Shown here: positions 1 to 15,671 of the stretch, piece after piece
Numbering within the stretch: the stretch's first letter is position 1
Layout of the letters: every line of letters begins with the position of its first letter
Origin: Burkholderiales bacterium
Lineage (GTDB): Bacteria > Pseudomonadota > Gammaproteobacteria > Burkholderiales > JACQAP01
Length of the DNA: 64,000 nt
Reading direction: 5' to 3'
Assembly: GCA_036274775.1 (NCBI GenBank)
Contig: DASUFB010000049.1
Coordinates: 8,068-72,067 of the forward strand
Notes under the pieces: model-generated
Database searches by the model: none
Told to the model about the DNA's origin: nothing
Seen by the model: the letters and a program-made list of their open reading frames with translations, nothing else
Position numbers and translations under genes: made by a program

Positions 1-1
1 C

Positions 2-73
2 CGTTACCTGGACGACAGCGAAGTCGCGGCCCAGCGCAAGGCCGCCCGCGGCGCCGCCTCGAAGAAGAAATGA
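2..73 (+). CDS. pilO: PilO type IV pilus assembly protein, C-terminal fragment (5' end outside window)
   Basis: Open frame from the window edge ending ...RYLDDSEVAAQRKAARGAASKKK*. The stop overlaps the pilP ATG (ATGA). Position upstream of pilP-pilQ matches the pilMNOPQ operon. Only 23 aa are visible. Confidence 0.45.
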   Translation, partial: RYLDDSEVAAQRKAARGAASKKK

Positions 74-591
74 ACCGCGCCCTGACTGCCATCGCGGCGA
101 CTGCGCTGCTCCTGTCCGGTTGCGGGGGCGAGCAGTTTTCCGACCTCAAGGAGTTCGTCAGGAACTCGGGCAACGACCTGCGGGGGCGCGTCGAGCCGAT
201 TCCCGAGGTCAAGCAGTTCGAGCCGTTCGCCTACAACGCGTTCGATCTGCCGGACCCGTTCAAGCCGCGCAAGACGGTGGCGGATACTCGCGGCGGCCCC
301 GGCGGCGGCCCTCGTCCCGACCTGAACCGCCGCAAGGAAGCGCTCGAGGCGTTCCCGCTGGAAAGCCTGCAGATGGTCGGAACGCTCGAGCAGAAGCAGG
401 TCCGGTTCGCGCTGATCAAGACCCCGGACAACAACCTCTACCGCATCAAGGCCGGCAACTACCTCGGACAGAATTTCGGCGTCGTGACGTCGATCAGCGA
501 ATCGACCGTGACACTCAAGGAAGTCATCCAGGATTCCTCGTCGGGCTCGTGGACCGAGCGCACGAGCAGTCTGCAGTTGCTCGAGCAATGA
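70..591 (+). CDS. pilP: PilP type IV pilus assembly lipoprotein
   Basis: 173 aa. Lipoprotein signal with lipobox LLLSGC. Conserved PilP C-terminal beta-domain (GTLEQKQVRFALIKTPDNNLYRIKAGNYLGQNFG). Lies immediately upstream of the secretin gene. Confidence 0.85.
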   Translation: MNRALTAIAATALLLSGCGGEQFSDLKEFVRNSGNDLRGRVEPIPEVKQFEPFAYNAFDLPDPFKPRKTVADTRGGPGGGPRPDLNRRKEALEAFPLESLQMVGTLEQKQVRFALIKTPDNNLYRIKAGNYLGQNFGVVTSISESTVTLKEVIQDSSSGSWTERTSSLQLLEQ

Positions 592-610
592 ACCAGGGAG
601 CTTGCGAATT

Positions 611-2731
611 ATGGAACGCATCGGTCGTCTGATACGAATCGCCGCGCAGCTTGGGGCCGTTTTCCTGGCGAGCGCGCTGGCCCAGGCCCAGGACAAGCCG
701 GCGACTCCCGCCGGCAATGTCATCCAGTCGATAGACGTTGCCGCGCAGGGCGGCACGGTGACCGTCAAGCTCGGCCTGAAGGACGCTCCCGCGGCCCCGC
801 CGGCCGCCTTCACGGTCAACAATCCGCCGCGCATTGCGCTGGATTTCCCCGCGACGGCCAACGGGCTGGGCAAGAATTCCCAGGACGTGAACCAGGGCGA
901 CCTGCGTACCATCAGGCTCGGGCAGTCGAGCGGGCGCACGCGCGTCGTACTCAACCTCTCGAAGATGGTGAAGTACGAAAGCAGGGTCGACGGCAACACG
1001 GTGATCGTCACGCTCCAGGGGGGCGGGGCGACGGCCGCCGCCGAGGCTTCGACCGCCTTTGCCGAGCCCAAGGCGAACGGGGAAGGCCACGCCGTGCGCG
1101 ACGTCGACTTCCGTCGCGGCAAGAACGGCGAGGCGCAGATCGTCGTGGACCTTTCGGATGCCACTACCGGCATCGATCTGCGCCAGCAGGGCAAGACCGT
1201 GCTGGTGGATTTCCTGCAGACCGCGCTGCCTCCCGCGCTGGAGCGCCGTTTCGACGTCACGGATTTCGGCACCCAGGTCGACAGCTTCGAAGTCACGCGC
1301 TCCGGCCCCAACACGCGAATCACGATGGTGCCCAAGGGACGCTGGGAGCAGTCCGCGTACCAGACGGACAACCGCTTCATCATCGAGATCAAGCCGGTGA
1401 TCGAGGACAGCAGCAAGCCGAAGACGCCGGGGGGCTATACGGGCGAGAAGCTTTCGCTGAATTTCCAGAACATCGAGGTACGGGCCGTGCTGCAGGTCAT
1501 CGCCGACTTCACCGGCCTGAACATCATCACGAGCGACACGGTCAGCGGCAACCTGACCCTGCGCCTGAAGGACGTGCCCTGGGACCAGGCGCTCGACATC
1601 ATCCTGCAGGCCAAGGGCCTGGACATGCGCAAGACCGGCAACGTGGTCTGGATCGCGCCGCGCGACGAGCTCGCCACCAAGGAGAAGCTCGCGCTCGAGG
1701 CACGCCAGCAGATTTCCGACCTGGAGCCGCTGCGCACCGAGAGCTTCCAGCTGAACTACCAGAAGGCAGAGGATTTCCAGAAGGTCATCACCGATTCCAA
1801 CCAGAGGATCCTGTCCAAGCGCGGCAGCGCCGTGGTCGACGCCCGCACCAACCAGCTGTTCGTGCAGGACACGCCGTCCAAGCTGGACGAGGTCCGCGAG
1901 CTGCTCAAGAAGATCGACCGCGCGGTGCGCCAGGTGCTGATCGAGGCGCGCATCGTCGAAGCGACGGATACGTTCAGCAAGAACGTGGGCGCGCGTCTGG
2001 GGTACAACGACCTGACCGGCAGAGGCGGGGAGGTCCCGGGCGGCACGCATCGAGCGCTCGTCGGCGGCGGCCTTCCGGCAACGGGCTTTACCACCGGCCA
2101 GACCATCACCGTACCTGACTTCGTCCGCGATTCGATGACGACCAATATGGCGGCCCCCGGCCTGGGCGGCGTCAATCCCGGACAGCTCTCACTGATCCTG
2201 ATGAACGATGCCATGACGAAGTTCCTGAACCTGGAGATTTCCGCGTTGCAGGCCGACGGCAAGGGCAAGATCATCTCCAGCCCGCGCGTGATCACCGCGG
2301 ACAATGTCGAGGCCACGATCGAGCAGGGCACGGAAATTCCGTACCAGCAGGCCACCAGCAGCGGCGCAACCAGCGTTTCCTTCCGCAAGGCCACGCTGAG
2401 CCTGAAAGTGCAGCCGCAGATCACGCCCGACGACAACATCATGATGAAGCTGAACGTCAACAAGGACAGCGTGGGCGCCAACACCAGCGCGGGTCCCGCG
2501 ATCAACACCAAGCAGGTCACCACCGAGGTCCTCGTGGAGAACGGCGGCACGGTCGGCCTGGGCGGCATCTATACCCAGGACGAGTCGCAGACCGTCACCA
2601 AGGTTCCGCTGTTCGGCGACATCCCCGTGCTGGGCTTCTTCTTCCGCCAGGATTTGCGCCGCAACGACAAGAGTGAATTGCTGATATTCGTGACGCCCAG
2701 GATCGTCAAGGACACGCTGAGCGTGCGCTGA
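611..2731 (+). CDS. pilQ: PilQ type IV pilus secretin
   Basis: Two AMIN-like N-terminal repeats, then the secretin domain (...VPLFGDIPVLGFFFRQDLRRNDKSELLIFVTPRIV). The track start at 602 is TTG, 1 nt after the SD; ATG at 611 lies 10 nt after GGGAG (596-600). Confidence 0.93.
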   Translation: MERIGRLIRIAAQLGAVFLASALAQAQDKPATPAGNVIQSIDVAAQGGTVTVKLGLKDAPAAPPAAFTVNNPPRIALDFPATANGLGKNSQDVNQGDLRTIRLGQSSGRTRVVLNLSKMVKYESRVDGNTVIVTLQGGGATAAAEASTAFAEPKANGEGHAVRDVDFRRGKNGEAQIVVDLSDATTGIDLRQQGKTVLVDFLQTALPPALERRFDVTDFGTQVDSFEVTRSGPNTRITMVPKGRWEQSAYQTDNRFIIEIKPVIEDSSKPKTPGGYTGEKLSLNFQNIEVRAVLQVIADFTGLNIITSDTVSGNLTLRLKDVPWDQALDIILQAKGLDMRKTGNVVWIAPRDELATKEKLALEARQQISDLEPLRTESFQLNYQKAEDFQKVITDSNQRILSKRGSAVVDARTNQLFVQDTPSKLDEVRELLKKIDRAVRQVLIEARIVEATDTFSKNVGARLGYNDLTGRGGEVPGGTHRALVGGGLPATGFTTGQTITVPDFVRDSMTTNMAAPGLGGVNPGQLSLILMNDAMTKFLNLEISALQADGKGKIISSPRVITADNVEATIEQGTEIPYQQATSSGATSVSFRKATLSLKVQPQITPDDNIMMKLNVNKDSVGANTSAGPAINTKQVTTEVLVENGGTVGLGGIYTQDESQTVTKVPLFGDIPVLGFFFRQDLRRNDKSELLIFVTPRIVKDTLSVR

Positions 2732-2753
2732 AGCGATCCCACTTCGGGAAAAA

Positions 2754-2779
2754 GGCCGCCCATGGGCGGCCTTTTTTTT
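2754..2779 (+). terminator. Rho-independent terminator after pilQ
   Basis: GGCCGCCC/GGGCGGCC inverted repeat (2754-2771) followed directly by T8 (2772-2779). Confidence 0.85.
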
Positions 2780-2825
2780 GGGGGGCGTCGCCTTGGGCCG
2801 GTCGTGGTTTGGCTAGAATGCCGAA

Positions 2826-3413
2826 ATGCACGACGCCGACGACATTCCGTCCGCCCGGCCTGCATCGGCCATCGCGGGAAGCATATTTCTGGTGGGCATG
2901 ATGGGCGCCGGCAAGACTTCGGTGGGCCGTGTGCTCGCCAGGCGGCTGGACAAGACCTTCCACGACTCCGACCACGTCATCGAGGAGCGCACGGGAGTGA
3001 AGGTGCCGGTCATATTCGAGATAGAGGGCGAGGCCGGGTTTCGCCAGCGCGAGTCCGCGGTGCTGGACGAACTGACGCAGCTGCCGGACATCGTGCTCGC
3101 CACGGGAGGCGGTGCGGTGCTGGCCGCCGAAAACAGGCGAAGGCTGCGCGAGCGCGGGACCGTCGTGTACCTGCGCGCCAGCGTGAAGGACCTGCTCAAC
3201 CGCACGCGCCACGACAAGAACCGCCCGCTGCTGCAGACCGCAGATCCGCGCGCGCGGCTCAACGAGTTGTTCGAGATGCGCGATCCCCTGTACCGCGAGG
3301 TCGCGCACGTGACGATGGACACGGGCAGCCAGAGCCTCGCGGCCCTCGTCACCCGCCTGCATCGCGTGCTGGAGCAGCGCTCGCAGGGAACCGTCATGGC
3401 GGACCCGTCGTGA
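2826..3413 (+). CDS. aroK: Shikimate kinase
   Basis: Walker A motif [22 protein letters not shown]. Typical size. Followed by aroB with a stop/start overlap. Confidence 0.93.
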   Translation: MHDADDIPSARPASAIAGSIFLVGMMGAGKTSVGRVLARRLDKTFHDSDHVIEERTGVKVPVIFEIEGEAGFRQRESAVLDELTQLPDIVLATGGGAVLAAENRRRLRERGTVVYLRASVKDLLNRTRHDKNRPLLQTADPRARLNELFEMRDPLYREVAHVTMDTGSQSLAALVTRLHRVLEQRSQGTVMADPS

Positions 3414-4501
3414 TGCAGACGGTGACAGTGGGGCTCGGCAGCCGGTCCTATCCGATCCACATCGGGGACGGCCTGCTGGAGCGCGCCGACCTGTTCCTGC
3501 CATATCTGCCACAGCGTCGCGTCGCCGTGGTCACCAACACGACGGTTGCCTCTCTGTACCTGGAGAAGCTGGGCGCCGCGCTCGCCGCGGCCTCGGTCGA
3601 GGTGGTACCCGTGATCCTGCCCGACGGCGAGCAGTTCAAGACCTGGCAGACGCTCAACGCGGTTTTCGACGCGCTGCTGTCGAACCGCATGGAGCGCAGG
3701 TCGGCGATCGTGGCGCTGGGCGGGGGCGTGATCGGCGACATGGCCGGCTTCGCCGCGGCAACCTACCAGCGCGGCGTGCCGTTCATCCAGGTGCCGACGA
3801 CGTTGCTCGCGCAGGTGGATTCCTCCGTCGGGGGCAAGACCGCCATCAATCATCCGCTGGGCAAGAACATGATAGGGGCGTTCTACCAGCCGCGCATGGT
3901 GCTCGCCGATACCGGCCTGATGAAGACCCTGCCGCGGCGCGAATTGTCGGCGGGGCTGGCCGAGGTCATCAAGTACGGCCTGATCATGGACCTGCCCTTC
4001 CTCGAGTGGCTCGAGGCCAGCATGGAAAAGCTCATGGAGCGGGATGCGCAATCGCTGGCCCACGCCGTCAAGCGCTCATGCGAGAACAAGGCGCTCGTGG
4101 TTGCCGCCGACGAGCGCGAGGAAGGGCAGCGCGCGCTGCTGAACCTGGGCCACACGTTCGGGCACGCGATCGAGGCGGGGCTGGGCTTCGGCGAATGGCT
4201 GCACGGCGAGGCGGTCGCCGCCGGCATGGTTCTGGCGGCACGGCTGTCGCAGCGCATGGGCATGCTCGCCGCGGAGGAGGTCGCGCGCATCGCGCAGCTG
4301 CTGCGCCGCGCGCAATTGCCCGTTGCCGCGCCCGATCTTGGCGAGGCGCGATATCTGGACCTCATGGGCCACGACAAGAAGGTGGAGGACGGCAGGCTGC
4401 GCCTCGTGCTGCTCGAGTCCCTCGGCAAAGCCGTCGTGTCCTCGGATTTCGGCATGGACCGCCTGCGCGAAATCCTGGCCGGCGCGGCGGCGCATGCGTG
4501 A
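3413..4501 (+). CDS. aroB: 3-dehydroquinate synthase
   Basis: Real start [18 protein letters not shown] at ATG 3413, overlapping the aroK TGA. Conserved motifs [41 protein letters not shown] and HGEAVA. The track ORF 2762-4501 is an N-terminal over-extension. Confidence 0.93.
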   Translation: MQTVTVGLGSRSYPIHIGDGLLERADLFLPYLPQRRVAVVTNTTVASLYLEKLGAALAAASVEVVPVILPDGEQFKTWQTLNAVFDALLSNRMERRSAIVALGGGVIGDMAGFAAATYQRGVPFIQVPTTLLAQVDSSVGGKTAINHPLGKNMIGAFYQPRMVLADTGLMKTLPRRELSAGLAEVIKYGLIMDLPFLEWLEASMEKLMERDAQSLAHAVKRSCENKALVVAADEREEGQRALLNLGHTFGHAIEAGLGFGEWLHGEAVAAGMVLAARLSQRMGMLAAEEVARIAQLLRRAQLPVAAPDLGEARYLDLMGHDKKVEDGRLRLVLLESLGKAVVSSDFGMDRLREILAGAAAHA

Positions 4502-5615
4502 ACTGGCGGCCTACGCGGCCGATCCCGGCGCTTCCCTCGGGCGGCTGTTTCCCGAACCGGCGCCGGCCGGACGCACCGAGTTCCAGCGCGACCGCGACCG
4601 CATCATCCATTCGACGGCCTTCCGCCGTCTCGAGTACAAGACCCAGGTCTTCGTCAACCACGAGGGCGACCTGTTCCGCACGCGGCTCACGCACAGCCTC
4701 GAGGTGGCGCAGATCGGCCGGTCGATCGCCCGCACGCTCGGCCTGAACGAGGATCTCGTCGAGGCGATCTCGCTCGCGCACGACCTCGGGCACACGCCCT
4801 TCGGCCACGCCGGCCAGGACGAGCTGAACGACTGCATGCGCGAGCACGGCGGGTTCGAGCACAATCTGCAGTCGCTGCGCGTGGTGGACCTGCTCGAGCA
4901 GCGCTACGGAAGCTTCGACGGGCTGAACCTCAGCTTCGAGACGCGGGAAGGCATACTCAAGCACTGCTCCCTCGAAAACGCCAGGAAGCTGGGTGCGGTC
5001 GGCGAGCGCTTCCTGAAGAAGCAGCGTCCTTCGCTGGAGGCACAGATCGCCAACCTTGCCGACGAGATCGCGTACAACAACCACGACGTCGATGACGGCC
5101 TGCGCTCGGAGCTCATCACGATCGAGCAGCTGTCGGGGGTGGGGATTTTCGCACGGCACCTGGAAGAGGTTCGGCGCCTGTTCCCGGCCCTCATGGACCG
5201 CCGGCTGATCCACGAGACCGTCAGGCGCATGATCAACACCCTGGTGTCGGACCTGACCGAAAACAGCCGCAGGCTGATCGCCGGGCAGCGGCCGGCCAGC
5301 GTCGACGAGGTCCGCCTGGCGCCTCCCCTGATCGCCTTCAGTGCCGGCATCCGGGACGAGCAGCAGGAGCTCAAGACGTTCCTGCGCAGGAACCTCTACC
5401 AGCACTACCGCGTCGCCCGCATGAGCAACAAGGCGCGTCGCATCGTGCGCGAGCTGTTCGCCGCCTTTCTGGCGGACCCGCGCCTGCTGCCGCCGGAATT
5501 CCAGGAACGGGCGCAAGCCGACCCGCCGCGGGCGATCGCCGACTACGTGGCCGGCATGACGGACCGCTACGCCATCCGCGAACACCGGCGCCTGTTTGCC
5601 GTCGAGGAGTCCTGA
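4494..5615 (+). CDS. dGTP triphosphohydrolase-like HD-domain protein
   Basis: N-terminus [49 protein letters not shown] and HD motif [16 protein letters not shown] 4494 overlaps the aroB stop. Confidence 0.88.
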   Translation: MRELAAYAADPGASLGRLFPEPAPAGRTEFQRDRDRIIHSTAFRRLEYKTQVFVNHEGDLFRTRLTHSLEVAQIGRSIARTLGLNEDLVEAISLAHDLGHTPFGHAGQDELNDCMREHGGFEHNLQSLRVVDLLEQRYGSFDGLNLSFETREGILKHCSLENARKLGAVGERFLKKQRPSLEAQIANLADEIAYNNHDVDDGLRSELITIEQLSGVGIFARHLEEVRRLFPALMDRRLIHETVRRMINTLVSDLTENSRRLIAGQRPASVDEVRLAPPLIAFSAGIRDEQQELKTFLRRNLYQHYRVARMSNKARRIVRELFAAFLADPRLLPPEFQERAQADPPRAIADYVAGMTDRYAIREHRRLFAVEES

Positions 5616-5720
5616 AGCCTGCGCCGCCGTTTTATTGAAGGGTGGGAGCGGTCGCGGTACCATGCAAGGCTCGCCCGGGTTTGGGCGAGCTCCCGTCAGC
5701 AAGCGGCTTTTGAGGTTGAA

Positions 5721-10373
<4,653 letters not shown>

Positions 10374-10456
10374 CGGCCACCGAACAGGGCGGCGCGCCGC
10401 GGGCGTGTGCCCGCCTTTGCGTCTGTACAACCAGTGTTATCGGGGTTTTTTGGAAG

Positions 10457-11899
<1,443 letters not shown>

Positions 11900-11919
11900 C
11901 CGTTTTGCGATTTCCGCGC

Positions 11920-11967
11920 CGCGAGGGCGCGCCAACGGGGGCCGTAAGGACGGCCCTCGCGCATTTT
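11920..11967 (+). terminator. Probable intrinsic terminator after gltD
   Basis: CGCGAGGG (11920-11927) pairs with CCCTCGCG (11954-11961). An alternative inner hairpin is GGGCCGT-aagg-ACGGCCC. TTTT follows at 11964-11967. Confidence 0.5.
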
Positions 11968-12013
11968 GAAGTTCGCCGAACCGTCTCACGAGGCCATCAC
12001 GGGTAAAAAAAGC

Positions 12014-13075
12014 ATGCCTGCGCTGCAGAACGACACCCTGATCCGCGCGTTGTTGCGCGAGCCCACGCCGTACACGCCGATCTGGATCATGCGCCAGGCG
12101 GGCCGCTACCTGCCGGAGTACAACCGCACCCGGGCGCGGGCAGGCAGCTTCATGGACCTGTGCCGCAACCCGGCCGCGGCGACCGAAGTGACGCTGCAGC
12201 CGCTCGAACGCTTCCCGCTCGATGCGGCCATCCTGTTCTCGGACATCCTCACCATTCCCGACGCCATGGGCCTGGGCCTGAACTTCGTGGAAGGCGAGGG
12301 CCCGCGCTTCGCGGCGCCGCTGCGCGACGAGACGGCCATCATGAGCCTGGCCGCGCCCGATCCCACGGCGGAGTTGCGCTACGTGATCGATGCCGTCGCG
12401 CAGATCCGCAAGGCGCTCGCCGGCAGGATCCCCCTCATCGGCTTTTCTGGCAGCCCCTTCACGCTGGCCTGCTACATGATCGAGGGACGGGGCGGCACCG
12501 AGTTTCACGAGACCAAGCGCCTGCTCTACGAACGCCCCGACCTGATGCACCGCCTCCTGCACGTCAACGCGAGCGCCGTGGCGGACTACCTCAACGCGCA
12601 GATCGAGGCCGGCGCGCAGGCGGTCATGATTTTCGACACCTGGGGCGGCGCGCTCGCCGGCGAGGCCTTCCACGAGTTCTCGTTGCGTTACATCGAGCGC
12701 GTGTGCGCGCAACTCAGGCGCGAAGCCGACGGCCGCAGGATTCCCCGGGTCGTGTTCACCAAGGGCGGGGGCGGCTGGCTGGAAAGCCTCGCGCAAAGCG
12801 GAGCGGATGCGCTCGGGCTGGATTGGACGGCGGACATCGCGAAAGCGCGCAGTCGTGTCGGCGATCGCGTGGCCTTGCAGGGCAACCTCGATCCGGCCGT
12901 GCTGCTGGCGGGCAGCCAGGCCGTGCGGCGCGAGGCGACGAGGGTGCTCGCGGCGTACGGCCATGGCGAAGGCCATGTATTCAACCTCGGGCACGGTGTC
13001 TCGCAGTTCACGCCGCCGGAAGCCGTGGCGGCGCTGGTGGAAACCGTGCACGCCGAGAGCCGGCAATTCCACTGA
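12014..13075 (+). CDS. hemE: Uroporphyrinogen decarboxylase
   Basis: Start [36 protein letters not shown] is the canonical HemE N-terminus. Confidence 0.95.
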   Translation: MPALQNDTLIRALLREPTPYTPIWIMRQAGRYLPEYNRTRARAGSFMDLCRNPAAATEVTLQPLERFPLDAAILFSDILTIPDAMGLGLNFVEGEGPRFAAPLRDETAIMSLAAPDPTAELRYVIDAVAQIRKALAGRIPLIGFSGSPFTLACYMIEGRGGTEFHETKRLLYERPDLMHRLLHVNASAVADYLNAQIEAGAQAVMIFDTWGGALAGEAFHEFSLRYIERVCAQLRREADGRRIPRVVFTKGGGGWLESLAQSGADALGLDWTADIAKARSRVGDRVALQGNLDPAVLLAGSQAVRREATRVLAAYGHGEGHVFNLGHGVSQFTPPEAVAALVETVHAESRQFH

Positions 13076-13111
13076 TCCGCAAGGCGTTCGGCGGCAGGCC
13101 GCAGGCCGTGT

Positions 13112-13120
13112 TTATGCACA
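13112..13120 (+). promoter_or_regulatory. DnaA-box match TTATGCACA (fits relaxed TTATNCACA)
   Basis: Read directly from the hemE-priA intergenic region. Same orientation and same 3' AAT extension as the box at 13293. Confidence 0.4.
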
Positions 13121-13292
13121 ATTTCGCAGGGCGCCCGCCGCGAAATCCAGTCCTGGCGCGGTTCTCCGGTCGATGATCGAATAACCTGTTGAAATCAAAA
13201 ATAATAAATTGTCTTGACAAGCCCAATCCCGCGTCCTGCTTGGGTTTGCGGGGGATTTCCCAGAGAGCAGTCCGGCTTTTTCATCAACAGAT

Positions 13293-13301
13293 TTATCCAC
13301 A
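13293..13301 (+). promoter_or_regulatory. Perfect consensus DnaA box TTATCCACA
   Basis: Exact 9/9 match to the E. coli-type consensus, about 100 bp upstream of the priA ATG and just downstream of an AT-rich patch (13185-13215). Confidence 0.5.
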
Positions 13302-13400
13302 ATCCCCGATGGCCAAAAAAAAGGCCTTTTCGCAAAGTCATTTACGACTGCTGTCGGGATCTTGCGACATCCCGGGTCGGGGCGTCGCGCCAAACGGCCC

Positions 13401-15593
13401 ATGGCCATCGTAAGAGTCGCGGTCGATTGTCCGGTCGACGCGCTTTTCGACTATCGCGTGGCGGCGGAGCCGCCGCCGGCCGGTGGATTCGTCGTCGTTC
13501 CGTTCGGCAGGCGGCGCGTGCTCGGGCTGGTGCTCGAGCACGCGCAACGAGCGACCGTCGCGGACCATCGGCTGCGCGACGTCGAGCGCGTCCTTGCCGT
13601 GCCTCCCCTGCCGGCGGATATCCTGGCCTTGATCCGGTTCGCGGCCGAGTATTACCAATGCCCGATCGGGCAGGCTGCGTTCGCCGGCTTGCCGACGCGG
13701 CTCGGCCGCGTGCGCGAAGCCGTCACGAGGACGTCGTGGACGTACGAGTTGACGCCCGCGGGCCTGGCGCTTGCGCGCGACCATTTTCCGCCACGCGCGG
13801 CACTCAAGCGCCGTTTGCTGGAGGCGTTTCGTGCGAAGCCGGCGCTCGACCGCGGGGATCTGGCTGCGATATCGGCGCGAGCGTCCGCGCTGGCGGAAGC
13901 CTGGATCGGCGAGGGATGGGTGGCCAGACGGGAAACCCCGGCCGTGGAACCCGCGGGAAAAACATCGATTGCATCCGCGCGCCCACCCGTGCTGCCGACG
14001 CTCACCGACGAGCAACGCGCGGCCGTCGCCGCGATCGCGGCGAGCCTGGGGACATTTTCCGCGTGGCTGCTGGAGGGCGTCACCGGCAGCGGCAAGACCG
14101 AGGTTTACTTCCGGCTGATCGAGCAGGTGGCCGCCGCAGGCCGGCAGTCCCTGCTGATGGTGCCCGAGATCAACCTCACGCCGCAGCTCGAAGCGCGCCT
14201 GCGGGAGCGCTTTCCGGCCCTGCGGCTGGCGAGCCTGCATAGCAACCTCGCCGAGGGCGAGCGCATGGCGAACTGGCTGGCCGCGCGGCAGGGCAGGGCC
14301 GACGTGGTCATCGGCACGCGCCTGTCGGTGTTCACACCCATGCCGCGGCTCGGCTTCGTCGTCGTTGACGAGGAGCACGACGCGTCCTTCAAGCAGCAGG
14401 AGGGGCTGCGCTATTGCGCGCGCGACCTCGCCATTTTCCTGGCCCGCCTGCGCGGAGTGCCGGTCGTGCTCGGCTCTGCCACGCCGTCGCTCGAGACCTA
14501 CCACAACGCGCGCACCGGAAAGTTCGGCCATTTGCACCTTGCGCGGCGTCCGGCCGCGGGCAGGCCCGATATCCGGCTGCTGGACTTGCGCGGGCACACG
14601 CGCCAGGCGGGCATCAGCGACGAAGCGCTGCGGGCGGTCGAGGCGCGACTGGCGCGCGGCGAGCAGAGTCTGGTATTCCTGAACCGCCGCGGCTTCGCGC
14701 CTGCGCTCGCCTGCGGCGCGTGCGGCTGGAGCGCGGCGTGCGATCGCTGCAACGCCAGGCTGGTCTGGCACCTCGCGGACGCGGTTCTGCGCTGCCACTA
14801 TTGCGGCCATGAGGAATCGTTGCCGCGCCGCTGTCCCGTCTGCGGCAACCAGGACCTCAAGGGGCTCGGGCAGGGCACGCAGCGCATCGAGCAGGCGCTG
14901 TCGCAACGCTTCGCCGGCGCGCGCATCCTGCGCATCGACCGCGACAGCACGCGCCGCAAGCACGCCTGGCGGGCCATGCAGGACGACATTCGCGCCGAGC
15001 GCGTCGACATCCTCGTGGGCACGCAGATGCTGGCCAAGGGCCACGATTTCCCCAAGCTCACGCTGGTGGTCGTGGTCGATGCCGACGCGGCGCTGTTCTC
15101 GGTCGATTTCCGCGCGGCCGAGCGGGTGTTCCAGCAGCTCATGCAAGTGGCCGGTCGCGCGGGACGCGACCGGCTTCCCGGGGAGGTGCTGGTGCAGACG
15201 CAGTTTCCCGACCATCCGCTTTATCGCGCCCTGGTCCGCCAGGACTACCGCAGCTACGCCGACGAGCTGCTGGCGGAACGCAGCCGCGCGGGCTTTCCGC
15301 CCTTCGTCCACCAGGCGATCCTGCGGGCGGAATCTCAGAGCGAGGCGGCGGTCATGCGCTTCCTCGCGCATGCGGCGAGCCTGTCGGGTCTCGACGGGGA
15401 GGACGTGGTGCTCTACGACCCGGTACCCGCGAGCGTTTCGAAGGTCGCAGGCCACCACCGCGGCCATCTGCTCGCGCAGTCCGCGTCGCGCGCGGCCATG
15501 CAGCGATTCCTCTCGCGCTGGCGCGCGGCTCTTGCGCAAGGCAAGCCAGCGCGCGTGCGCTGGGCGCTGGACGTCGACCCGCTGGAGCTGTAG
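13401..15593 (+). CDS. priA: Primosomal replication restart helicase PriA
   Basis: Start MAIVRVAVDCPVDALFDY. Walker A LLEGVTGSGKTEVY, DEEH box, and Cys-rich zinc region (CGACGWSAACDRCNARLVWH...CHYCGH...CPVCG). Confidence 0.95.
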   Translation: MAIVRVAVDCPVDALFDYRVAAEPPPAGGFVVVPFGRRRVLGLVLEHAQRATVADHRLRDVERVLAVPPLPADILALIRFAAEYYQCPIGQAAFAGLPTRLGRVREAVTRTSWTYELTPAGLALARDHFPPRAALKRRLLEAFRAKPALDRGDLAAISARASALAEAWIGEGWVARRETPAVEPAGKTSIASARPPVLPTLTDEQRAAVAAIAASLGTFSAWLLEGVTGSGKTEVYFRLIEQVAAAGRQSLLMVPEINLTPQLEARLRERFPALRLASLHSNLAEGERMANWLAARQGRADVVIGTRLSVFTPMPRLGFVVVDEEHDASFKQQEGLRYCARDLAIFLARLRGVPVVLGSATPSLETYHNARTGKFGHLHLARRPAAGRPDIRLLDLRGHTRQAGISDEALRAVEARLARGEQSLVFLNRRGFAPALACGACGWSAACDRCNARLVWHLADAVLRCHYCGHEESLPRRCPVCGNQDLKGLGQGTQRIEQALSQRFAGARILRIDRDSTRRKHAWRAMQDDIRAERVDILVGTQMLAKGHDFPKLTLVVVVDADAALFSVDFRAAERVFQQLMQVAGRAGRDRLPGEVLVQTQFPDHPLYRALVRQDYRSYADELLAERSRAGFPPFVHQAILRAESQSEAAVMRFLAHAASLSGLDGEDVVLYDPVPASVSKVAGHHRGHLLAQSASRAAMQRFLSRWRAALAQGKPARVRWALDVDPLEL

Positions 15594-15671
15594 CGGACAA
15601 CCGCGGTCGAGCCGGTATAATCGCGCCCTCGCCCGACCGCCACGCCGGGTTTTCGCCATTCTTCCTTCCCG

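Noticed and set aside
2762-4501. Long N-terminal extensions in the ORF track for aroB (2762). The same applies to dgt (4323), gltD (10190), dsbA (17506), feoB (41511), algZ (48751), dps (51413), hemD (52760), hemY (54920), prmC (35724), glmU (24588), CBS (41646), dsbB (39792), HAD (21385) and TPR (22239).
   Set aside because: In each case the conserved family N-terminus begins at an internal ATG, GTG or TTG. That start either overlaps or abuts the preceding gene's stop, or follows an SD. The extension overlaps a neighbouring well-supported gene.
13076-13400. Chromosomal origin of replication next to hemE, by analogy with the hemE-linked oriC of Alphaproteobacteria.
   Set aside because: There are only two DnaA-box matches and one short AT-rich patch. 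There is no cluster of four or more boxes, no repeated 13-mer-like DUE elements, and no dnaA, dnaN, gidA or parAB nearby. Whole-chromosome GC skew cannot be evaluated from this window. I kept it only as a possible DnaA-responsive site.
13189-14242. Track ORFs 13189-13413 (74 aa) and 13214-14242 (342 aa), which start in the hemE-priA spacer.
   Set aside because: Neither has an SD or a recognisable domain. The longer one is out of frame with and overlaps the well-supported priA. Its translation is Arg/Gly/Ala-rich low-complexity sequence.
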